A stretch of 33,786 nt of DNA from a virus. Taxonomy: Duplodnaviria; Caudoviricetes. The stretch lies in IMG/VR virus record IMGVR_UViG_3300031519_000106, positions 1-33,786 of that record. One strand, 5' to 3'. The position numbers and the translations under genes were made by a program. Under the pieces are notes generated by a model. It saw nothing but the letters and a program-made list of their open reading frames with translations. It made no database searches and had not been told where the DNA came from. This document shows positions 1 through 7,169 of the stretch, piece after piece (position 1 is the stretch's first letter; each line of letters starts with the position of its first letter).

Positions 1-14
1 AGGAGAGTGATCGC

Positions 15-2120
15 ATGACTAAATCAAGAGATACAGCCAATATAATTAAACAGCCATTTACACAAACTCTTGGTACGTCAAACTATAGAGCAGGTGTTAA
101 CGCAGGTAATAGCATTACATCTGGTGGCAACTTCAATGTGACCGTGGGTGATGAGGCTGGTACTGCTATTACTACGGGTGATAGAAATGTTACTATTGGT
201 TTTGAAGCAGGTACTGCTATTAGTACAGGTGGGTCTAACATAGCCATTGGTTATCAGGCTCTTAAAACAGAAGACGGACATGGTTTAAATGTTGCTATTG
301 GGGAAGAATCATTAGAAAATTTAAATGCAGGTGCTGATGGTTACAACGTAGCAGTTGGTGCAAGTGCTGGTAAAAACATGACCACAGGCATCCAAAACAC
401 CTTTGTCGGTGGTCTAGCTGGTGATGCGCTTACAGTAGGCGGCAATAATGTAGCTCTTGGTCATCTAGCTTTAAGTGCTGATACACAAGGTAGTTCTTCT
501 GTTGCTGTTGGTATGTCTGCTTTAACTGCACAAAATTCTACTTCAGAAGCCAATATGTATAACGTGGCTGTTGGAAGATCAGCAGGTGCATCAGTCACAA
601 CTGGCACAGAAAACACCCTCATTGGTGGTCTTGCAGGTGATGCTATGACTACAGGTAGCTACAATACTGCTGTTGGTAAAGATTCTTCTGGTAAAGTTAC
701 TACAGGAAGTCACAATGTATCTGTGGGTCGTATGGCTCTTAGAGAAACTACAACAGGGTCTTATAATACAGCCTTGGGTAGAAGTGCTTTAGAGTCAAAC
801 ACCACCGCAGATTCAAACACCGCAGTTGGATATACTGCACTAGAAAGCAACACGACAGGTACAAGAAACACCGCAGTTGGCGTTCAAGCACTAGAATTAA
901 ACACGACAGGGACTGATAACGTGGCTGTCGGACATGACGCATTAGAAGATAACACGACAGGACTTTATAATACTGCTATTGGTAATTACGCACTCACTGA
1001 CAACACCACCGCATCTGAAAACACAGCGGTTGGATACGAGGCTTCTTATACAAATACAACAGGAACGGCGAACGTATCTTTGGGGTATCAAGCACTTCGT
1101 GTGTCAACAACTGGCAGTTTTAATACAGCCCTTGGTAGAAGGGCGTTGTACTCAAACACCACCGCATCTAACAACACTGCGGTTGGATTTAAGGCTGGGA
1201 ATAGTAATACTACTGGTACAGCTAACGTATCCCTTGGATATATTGCTGGAGAGGACAATACTACAGGGGTAAATAATGTTTATATTGGTTCATCTACTGG
1301 GAAAACTAATACAACAGCATCTCAAAATACATTTGTTGGTTCTGCCGCAGGGGAAACAACAACGGGGGGTGATAATACTTTTATTGGATATGCGGCTGGG
1401 TGGAAGGTATCGTCTGCCACAAAAAACACCATCCTTGGACAATACAACGGCAACCAAGAAAGCCTAGACATCCGCACCTCAAGCAACAACATCGTGCTAT
1501 CTGATGGGGATGGTAATCCTAGATTGTTTATTAACTCAGTAGGTAGCGTAGCAATAGGTGATCCTGCGCCTACAAGACATGGCATAACAACTAAAGCATT
1601 AATTGTTAATACTTCTACAACAACAGGTGATTTTGCTTTGCATGTTGGTAGGCTTACTGGGGGCGCAGAAAATGTAGTATGTATTAGTAATGGTAATGGA
1701 AAAGTAGGCAGTATCACAACAAGTGGATCATCCACAGCATACAACACATCCTCAGACTACAGACTTAAAGAAAACGTAGACTACGATTGGGATGCTACAA
1801 CTAGACTAAAGCAACTCAAGCCAGCAAGGTTTAACTGGATTTCTGATGATACAGATACCTTGATAGATGGCTTTATTGCACATGAAGTAACAACTGTTGT
1901 TCCCGAAGCAATCAATGGCACTAAAGACGCAATGATGGACGAAGAGTACGAAGTTACTCCAGCAGTTTTAGATGAAGATGGTGCAGTAGTTACTGAAGCT
2001 GTCATGGGTACTCGTAGTGTCCCTATCTACCAAGGCATAGATCAGTCTAAACTTGTACCACTATTAGTAAAAACAATCCAAGAGCTAGAGGCTCGTATTA
2101 CAGCTTTAGAAGGAGCATAA
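15..2120 (+). CDS. Tail fibre/spike with 17-aa beta-helix repeats and C-terminal intramolecular chaperone (peptidase S74)
   Basis: AGGAG SD at 1-5; many N-x-A-V-G-x-x-A-L-x-x-N-T-T-G repeats; SDYRLKENV autocleavage motif (Ser codon at 1752), GFIAHEV and terminal coiled coil LVKTIQELEARITALE. Confidence 0.9.
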   Translation: MTKSRDTANIIKQPFTQTLGTSNYRAGVNAGNSITSGGNFNVTVGDEAGTAITTGDRNVTIGFEAGTAISTGGSNIAIGYQALKTEDGHGLNVAIGEESLENLNAGADGYNVAVGASAGKNMTTGIQNTFVGGLAGDALTVGGNNVALGHLALSADTQGSSSVAVGMSALTAQNSTSEANMYNVAVGRSAGASVTTGTENTLIGGLAGDAMTTGSYNTAVGKDSSGKVTTGSHNVSVGRMALRETTTGSYNTALGRSALESNTTADSNTAVGYTALESNTTGTRNTAVGVQALELNTTGTDNVAVGHDALEDNTTGLYNTAIGNYALTDNTTASENTAVGYEASYTNTTGTANVSLGYQALRVSTTGSFNTALGRRALYSNTTASNNTAVGFKAGNSNTTGTANVSLGYIAGEDNTTGVNNVYIGSSTGKTNTTASQNTFVGSAAGETTTGGDNTFIGYAAGWKVSSATKNTILGQYNGNQESLDIRTSSNNIVLSDGDGNPRLFINSVGSVAIGDPAPTRHGITTKALIVNTSTTTGDFALHVGRLTGGAENVVCISNGNGKVGSITTSGSSTAYNTSSDYRLKENVDYDWDATTRLKQLKPARFNWISDDTDTLIDGFIAHEVTTVVPEAINGTKDAMMDEEYEVTPAVLDEDGAVVTEAVMGTRSVPIYQGIDQSKLVPLLVKTIQELEARITALEGA
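650..1430 (+). repeat. Coding tandem repeat, 51-nt (17-aa) period, in the tail fibre
   Basis: aacacgacagg at ~849, 900 and 951 (51-nt spacing); aacaccaccgcatct at ~1002 and ~1155 (153-nt spacing). More degenerate copies extend upstream to ~120. Confidence 0.85.
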
Positions 2121-2123
2121 CCA

Positions 2124-2369
2124 ATGGATGACTTAACAGCAGAACAAATCGCACAGAACTACTCAGCAATGGGTCACTCAGTTGCACTTATCAATGACGT
2201 GATAGCAGGTAATGCTATGGCAGATGATGATGCGGCAGATCGACAAGACTGTGTGGATCGTAATACTCAGCACCTAGAACTAATGGTTGCTAAAGATTAC
2301 TGGACAGACGAAAGTATGACAGCATCTAATGCGGCTATCGTAGCAGGAAACGGATACACCGCTTCTTAA
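2124..2369 (+). CDS. Small acidic hypothetical phage protein following the tail fibre (possible fibre-associated protein)
   Basis: 81-aa ORF, AGGAG SD upstream, in operon; function inferred from position only. Confidence 0.7.
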   Translation: MDDLTAEQIAQNYSAMGHSVALINDVIAGNAMADDDAADRQDCVDRNTQHLELMVAKDYWTDESMTASNAAIVAGNGYTAS

Positions 2370-2391
2370 TTTAACTTAACCAAAGGAGACT

Positions 2392-2601
2392 ATGATGGGA
2401 AAAGATAAAAAGACCCCAATCACTGTTAATGATAAAGAATACTTTGTTGAAGATTTAACCAACGAGCAAAAAACTATGTTAAACCATATCAATGATTTAG
2501 CGCGTAAGATAGATAATGCGCGGTTTAATATAGACCAATTAAATGTAGGACGTACAGCTTTTGTTACTCATTTAGCTACCTCTTTGGAAGCGGTTGAATA
2601 A
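2392..2601 (+). CDS. Small coiled-coil hypothetical protein (possible tail fibre assembly helper)
   Basis: AAAGGAG SD; 69 aa with amphipathic helix LNHINDLARKIDNARFNIDQL; start at 2392 or 2395. Confidence 0.7.
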   Translation: MMGKDKKTPITVNDKEYFVEDLTNEQKTMLNHINDLARKIDNARFNIDQLNVGRTAFVTHLATSLEAVE

Positions 2602-2837
2602 TGCAAATGGACGCGCTTTGGAACTTTGCCTTAACGGCGGGATTTGGTTTTTTAATATGGTGGATTAAAGCTCACCATGAAGAACTAAAGCGCGTCACTA
2701 TCTTGCTCAACAGAACAAGAGAAGAGTTGGCTAAAGAGTACGTCACTAAGGCTGACTCAAATCAGGTACTCGGTCAAATTATGAGTAAATTTGACAGGAT
2801 CGAAGAAAAAATAGACAGACTGGTAGAAAGAAAATGA
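2601..2837 (+). CDS. Small membrane protein, one N-terminal TM plus coiled coil (holin/XhlA-like lysis-region protein)
   Basis: TM ALWNFALTAGFGFLIWWI, then EYVTKAD...FDRIEEKIDRL; TAATG coupling to the upstream gene. Confidence 0.65.
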   Translation: MQMDALWNFALTAGFGFLIWWIKAHHEELKRVTILLNRTREELAKEYVTKADSNQVLGQIMSKFDRIEEKIDRLVERK

Positions 2838-3394
2838 TACGATTATTTATAGTAATACTCTTCTTTATTGCAGGTCTTGCTATAGGTAACGTTGTTTCCG
2901 CAGATGACACTATTAAATCAGAAACCACTGTTACATCTGACGGTAAAATGGACACTACTATTAACAGTCCACCGCCTTCTGCTATTACTCCAAACATCAG
3001 CGCTACTAACTCTGATCTATGTACTGTTGGTGTAGCAGGAGCCGTGCAAACACAGATACTTGGTATCTCAGCAGGGCGTACTGTGCGGGATATGAACTGT
3101 GAAAAACTAAAAAACGCCAAAACTATGTATGATATGGGCATGAAGGTAGCTGCCGTATCTGTAATGTGTCAGGACGAAAGAGTGTTTGATGCAATGATGA
3201 ACGCTGGTACACCTTGCCCCAAAGATGGTTTGATAGGTGATAAAGCTAGGTTAGCATGGGAAATGGAAGCAGTTAAAGACGAAATTAAACGCGATCAGAA
3301 TAATCCAATGAGGAAGATTTTCAATGAAAACGTTGAAACAAAAACAGGTCTTGGTATCATTATTGCTACTTTGGCCTTCTTACTCGCAATGTGA
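2834..3394 (+). CDS. Exported Cys-containing protein with C-terminal hydrophobic anchor (module gene A)
   Basis: Sec signal MIRLFIVILFFIAGLAIGNVVSA|DD; four Cys; Gly-rich predicted beta-hairpin; C-terminal GLGIIIATLAFLLAM. Confidence 0.8.
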   Translation: MIRLFIVILFFIAGLAIGNVVSADDTIKSETTVTSDGKMDTTINSPPPSAITPNISATNSDLCTVGVAGAVQTQILGISAGRTVRDMNCEKLKNAKTMYDMGMKVAAVSVMCQDERVFDAMMNAGTPCPKDGLIGDKARLAWEMEAVKDEIKRDQNNPMRKIFNENVETKTGLGIIIATLAFLLAM

Positions 3395-4196
3395 TCCGTA
3401 TAGCTACGGGACTACAGGGAATGCCGCTTCCACAGCACTAAGCTGGGGTATGAACTCTGTCTTGCCTGATATTCCCGGACTAGATGTAAACGGTTTGATT
3501 TACAGGTACACCACCGTTAAAAATCCAGAAGATGATATGAAAGTCCACGTTCGTAATTTAAATGCGGAGGGTGAGGGTTACACGTTTAGTGCAACGGATG
3601 ATTGGTCTGGAGTACCCGGAAATACAATTGTTAAATCATACCCTCTATCTAATGTAGCTTCTTCTAAGTGGGGTGACGGTTCAATTACTGTTGAAGGTCA
3701 AGGCTCTGTTACTGACCCTGTGGTTATATATAGCTACCGTATAGACGAGTGTTATGACGAACAATCTAACCCTGCATGTCCCGGATATGTAAAACCTATT
3801 CCTGTTATACCCGTTGTTGAACTGTATGATGTGCTAGAAGATGAAGCCGCTATGGACGCTATAGACGACGATGAAGATTTTCAGTATGATGAAAATGGAG
3901 ATTTAGTGTTATCTGAAGAAGAAGAGGAAGAAGAAACGCGACTTGAAATGGGGCTGACGGCATCTGCCAATGCGTTGACTCTGTTTAGAACGCAAGGACA
4001 ATCTGATATTATTATGGCTATTAACCTGCAAACAAACATAAATATGTACTACAACGCGTCTATTAACGGTGGTGCATACGAAGAAACGGTTGGTTTGGTT
4101 GATGCAGAGATATCAGATAACAAGAAAGCCTTGCGTAACAATTTGGCACAACAACTTCTGCATGAGAAAATGATAGACATGCAGTACAATAATTGA
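3324..4196 (+). CDS. Exported beta-rich protein with acidic linker (module gene B; possible adhesin)
   Basis: Signal-like N-terminus MKTLKQKQVLVSLLLLWPSYSQC; beta-rich N-domain, CYDEQSNPACPGY motif, poly-Glu tract, helical C-terminus. Confidence 0.78.
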   Translation: MKTLKQKQVLVSLLLLWPSYSQCDPYSYGTTGNAASTALSWGMNSVLPDIPGLDVNGLIYRYTTVKNPEDDMKVHVRNLNAEGEGYTFSATDDWSGVPGNTIVKSYPLSNVASSKWGDGSITVEGQGSVTDPVVIYSYRIDECYDEQSNPACPGYVKPIPVIPVVELYDVLEDEAAMDAIDDDEDFQYDENGDLVLSEEEEEEETRLEMGLTASANALTLFRTQGQSDIIMAINLQTNINMYYNASINGGAYEETVGLVDAEISDNKKALRNNLAQQLLHEKMIDMQYNN

Positions 4197-4204
4197 GGTT
4201 TATT

Positions 4205-4693
4205 ATGAAATATTCTATTGCAATACTTTCGTTGGTTGCATTTCCTGCATTAGCTAACGTTCAGATCACAGGTAGCGTAGAGGCTAAATGTGTTATCCAA
4301 ACAACTAAAGCAGGTGTATATGGCAACCCGATTGCCAGTAAGTTAAGCACTACTCCCGCTGACGGTGGTATACTACCTGTGATTAGATACGATGTATCTA
4401 TAGCGGATTCTTACACAGCTAACATAACACACCCAACAGCGTTTAGTTCATCGCCTTCTTTATCTGATACACTGGCATGGACAGGTAGTACGAGTGTTAC
4501 ACAAACATCTGTTGCCGGTATGTCAGCCTATGAAGCCGCAAAGATTGTAGTAGGAAACACCACTATATTTGATTTAACGCTTGCTGGCTCAACATGGTTT
4601 TCTACTGCGTCAAGTGCAGTTTACGGCTCTGCTAAAGCACTACCGGGAGGAAACTACACGGCAGTCGTACAGGCAACCTGCATTGCGAAGTAG
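4205..4693 (+). CDS. Exported fimbrial/pilin-like subunit (module gene C)
   Basis: GAGGT SD then ATG at 4205; signal MKYSIAILSLVAFPALA|; N-terminal VQITGSVEAKCVI and C-terminal ALPGGNYTAVVQATC resemble chaperone-usher pilin first and last strands; two Cys; Ser/Thr-rich. Confidence 0.65.
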   Translation: MKYSIAILSLVAFPALANVQITGSVEAKCVIQTTKAGVYGNPIASKLSTTPADGGILPVIRYDVSIADSYTANITHPTAFSSSPSLSDTLAWTGSTSVTQTSVAGMSAYEAAKIVVGNTTIFDLTLAGSTWFSTASSAVYGSAKALPGGNYTAVVQATCIAK

Positions 4694-5069
4694 TATACTC
4701 ATAACGTTTCTGCTTTGGGCGACAGCTATCTCTGGACATGAGATGACCCCTGCTTATCCAGTGGTAAAGCCTTCGCACGTTGCTGACGTGGTTAAAGTGG
4801 AGATGTCTTTGTTTAACTCCAGAGAAGAGATAGAGTATTATCAAATAGAATTGTTTGATTTAAACTGGATGAATATTCCTTTTTCTACAACATATCGAAT
4901 TATGAAAATAGGCTACAAAGAGAAAAAATCTTTTAATGTATATATTCGTAAAAAAGATATGGACGAAGCTGTGTATCTATGCACCACCTCAAAAGTTAAA
5001 AAGACTAATCAGTCTAGGACGCTTGTTTCGTCTAAGATATGTTCAAGGTTAGATGGTGAACCTGCATGA
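4683..5069 (+). CDS. Exported single Ig-like domain protein resembling a pilus chaperone N-domain (module gene D)
   Basis: A TTG start at 4683 gives signal (M)RSSILITFLLWATAISG|HEMTP; pattern xxTP...MSLFN...YYQIELFD...C...SSKIC recalls PapD/EcpB-type chaperone strands. Confidence 0.55.
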   Translation: MRSSILITFLLWATAISGHEMTPAYPVVKPSHVADVVKVEMSLFNSREEIEYYQIELFDLNWMNIPFSTTYRIMKIGYKEKKSFNVYIRKKDMDEAVYLCTTSKVKKTNQSRTLVSSKICSRLDGEPA

Positions 5070-5464
5070 GACTAGCTTTTGCTCTTTGTGTTATGGCTAG
5101 TTCAGCAGTTGCTGATAGTAGTTCGCTTGCGTTAAGCCTACCAAACCCACCTATGAACTACCAATCAGATTCATTTTCAACAGGTAGTCTGCGTTGCAGT
5201 AATGCTGTCGGTGGAGGTGTAAACTTAGAGTATGGTGTAACTGGTGTGTTGTCTGGACTAAATACAATGAATAAAGGTAAAGACATAGGCGTATACGCTC
5301 GTATAGTAATACCGTTAGATAAACCAAAGGCTCGTATTAACTGTAATGACCTTTACCAGATAGAGCTAACGCAACGCAGGCTAGAAGTACAAAAACTACG
5401 TGACGAACTAGAAGCACTCAAGAATTTACAAAGTGTTGGCGGTGATATGGAGTTTGAGAACTGA
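5066..5464 (+). CDS. Exported protein with Cys-flanked amphipathic beta-hairpin and C-terminal coiled coil (module gene E)
   Basis: Signal MRLAFALCVMASSAVA|DS; strands VNLEYGVTGV and IGVYARIVIPL between two Cys; heptads ELTQRRLEVQKLRDELEALKNL; ATGA overlap. Confidence 0.78.
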   Translation: MRLAFALCVMASSAVADSSSLALSLPNPPMNYQSDSFSTGSLRCSNAVGGGVNLEYGVTGVLSGLNTMNKGKDIGVYARIVIPLDKPKARINCNDLYQIELTQRRLEVQKLRDELEALKNLQSVGGDMEFEN

Positions 5465-5976
5465 TGGTTGATACAACTAGAATAGCCGATAACATTGATG
5501 GACTAGCAGATCGTGAGTTTAAGACTGGTGGTATGAAGCTGTCGTTTGGTTCTATCGTGGCTATATTTGCATTTCTATCCACAGTTGTTGGTGGTTTGTA
5601 TGGTGGTTTTGTTATGTACCAAAAGATCGAGGAGGTTGCAGGGTTAGACCTTGGCGAGTACCAACAAGCAATGGACGTTATGGATGCAAAGGTCACAGGT
5701 ATATCTGATAAAGTAGAAGAATCTGTTGAGTATACCCGTGATATTAAGAACGGTTTAAAAGATGATTTGTTACGTGTAGAACAACAAACAGACCGTATTG
5801 AAGATATGGTGCGTAAGAACGAAGACAAAGTACGTACTATGATTGATGCCGCAGAAGTTCGCTTTGAAAACCAGAGAGAACGTGTTAGAGTGTCACAAAG
5901 TGGTTCCATGAAAGACTTAGAAGATAAGATAATGGATAAACTACAGAGGGCGTTAGATAACCCTCTTGCCGATTAG
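5464..5976 (+). CDS. Single-pass membrane protein with long coiled coil (module gene F; i-spanin-like topology)
   Basis: TM FGSIVAIFAFLSTVVGGLYGGFVMY followed by ~115 aa of charged helical sequence; GGAG SD and TGATG coupling. Confidence 0.75.
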   Translation: MVDTTRIADNIDGLADREFKTGGMKLSFGSIVAIFAFLSTVVGGLYGGFVMYQKIEEVAGLDLGEYQQAMDVMDAKVTGISDKVEESVEYTRDIKNGLKDDLLRVEQQTDRIEDMVRKNEDKVRTMIDAAEVRFENQRERVRVSQSGSMKDLEDKIMDKLQRALDNPLAD

Positions 5977-5985
5977 GAGACTAAA

Positions 5986-6303
5986 ATGACAGAATTTGAA
6001 AAAGCAGATTTAGATGGTAACGGATCAGTAGACCAATCTGAATGGGATAAACTGTTGCTCGATGATAAGAGAATGCAAATTGAAGATGAAAATTCAAAGC
6101 GCGACTCTCAGCTACTAATGGTGTGGTTCTCGTTAGCAGGGCTACTACTTTATCCTGTTATGATTATTGTGTGTAACGTTTTAGGCCAAGAAGTTGCGGC
6201 GGATAATTTAACTGCCATTGCGCCCACCTATTGCATTGCCGTGGTTGGTATTGTTACGGCGTTTTTTGGCTTTACAAATATTAAAAAGAAGGGTGATTCA
6301 TAA
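5986..6303 (+). CDS. Two-TM holin/antiholin-like protein with N-terminal EF-hand loop
   Basis: AGGAG SD; DLDGNGSVDQSE loop; two hydrophobic helices; basic C-tail KKKGDS; directly upstream of holin and endolysin. Confidence 0.7.
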   Translation: MTEFEKADLDGNGSVDQSEWDKLLLDDKRMQIEDENSKRDSQLLMVWFSLAGLLLYPVMIIVCNVLGQEVAADNLTAIAPTYCIAVVGIVTAFFGFTNIKKKGDS

Positions 6304-6662
6304 TGTTAGGACTAGGATTACTAGGTAAGGTTGCTGACCTTGCTGGAGCTATGGTTGAGGGCAAAACTGCTGTAAAGCAAGCTGAAGCCCAAACTAAAAT
6401 GAAAATTGCTACTGGAGAACTTGATTGGGATTTAGCCGCAATGAAAGCTACAGAGAATAGCTGGAAAGACGAGTGGATTACGCTTTTGTTCAGTATTCCC
6501 CTTATTTTGGCGTTCTGTGGGGATTGGGGTAATCAAATAGTACAGGCTGGTTTTGCGGCATTGTCTGATATGCCCGGATGGTATCAGTATTCTCTTGGAG
6601 GTATAGTCTCTGCGAGTATAGGTATGCGTGGCGTAAGCAAGTATTTCGGGGGTAAGAAATGA
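6303..6662 (+). CDS. Holin (resembles the 3TM gene-transfer-agent-type holin family)
   Basis: SWKDEW motif followed by TM helices, P-x-WY and G-x-R-G-x-x-K C-terminal pattern; adjacent to endolysin. Confidence 0.7.
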   Translation: MLGLGLLGKVADLAGAMVEGKTAVKQAEAQTKMKIATGELDWDLAAMKATENSWKDEWITLLFSIPLILAFCGDWGNQIVQAGFAALSDMPGWYQYSLGGIVSASIGMRGVSKYFGGKK

Positions 6663-7168
6663 AAGAGAACTTTGATAAGTGTTTGAAAATGCTACTTTCT
6701 CACGAAGGAGGATTCGTAAATCATCCCGATGATCCCGGAGGTATCACAAATTTGGGAGTTACCAAAAAAGTGTACGACGAATGGATTGGTCGTGAGTCTA
6801 CAGAACAAGAAATGCGTGACTTAACGCCAGAAGATGTCGGGCCAATATACAAAAAGAACTACTGGGATAGAATTAAAGGAGATTCACTTCCTTCCGGTAT
6901 TGATTGGTGCGCTTTTGATTGGTGTGTAAATTCCGGAAAAAGTAGACCGTCCAAAGCTATCCAACGTGCAGTTGGAGCTACTCAAGATGGCTCAATAGGG
7001 CCAGCTACAATAGGGCTTATTATGGAAAAAGACCCTGAGTTTGTAATAAATTATGTTTACGGCGTGCGCCAAGACTTCTATAAGGGGTTAAAGACCTTTG
7101 AAACCTTTGGACGAGGCTGGACGCGCCGCAACAAAGAAACTCTACACCAAGCGTTGGAGATGGTATAA
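6659..7168 (+). CDS. Endolysin, glycoside hydrolase family 108 with C-terminal peptidoglycan-binding domain
   Basis: HEGGFVNHPDDPGGITNLGVT catalytic motif, YKKNYWD, FDWCVNSG, DGSIGPAT, FGRGWTRR. Confidence 0.93.
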   Translation: MKENFDKCLKMLLSHEGGFVNHPDDPGGITNLGVTKKVYDEWIGRESTEQEMRDLTPEDVGPIYKKNYWDRIKGDSLPSGIDWCAFDWCVNSGKSRPSKAIQRAVGATQDGSIGPATIGLIMEKDPEFVINYVYGVRQDFYKGLKTFETFGRGWTRRNKETLHQALEMV

Positions 7169-7169
7169 A

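Noticed and set aside
979-1467. Alternative-frame + strand ORFs inside the tail fibre
   Set aside because: No SD, and open frames are explained by the repetitive coding sequence.
4581-4682. N-terminal extension of the 162-aa ORF from 4581
   Set aside because: It overlaps the pilin-like gene by over 100 nt and buries the signal peptide; TTG 4683 is more plausible.
3324-5464. Lipoprotein (o-spanin) signals in genes B and E
   Set aside because: The Cys contexts SYSQC and AFALC do not fit the L-[AS]-[GA]-C lipobox; signal peptidase I cleavage looks more likely.
7098-7169. ORF-track start of the tail protein at 7098
   Set aside because: It overlaps the endolysin; ATG 7170 has a GGAG SD and a typical N-terminus.
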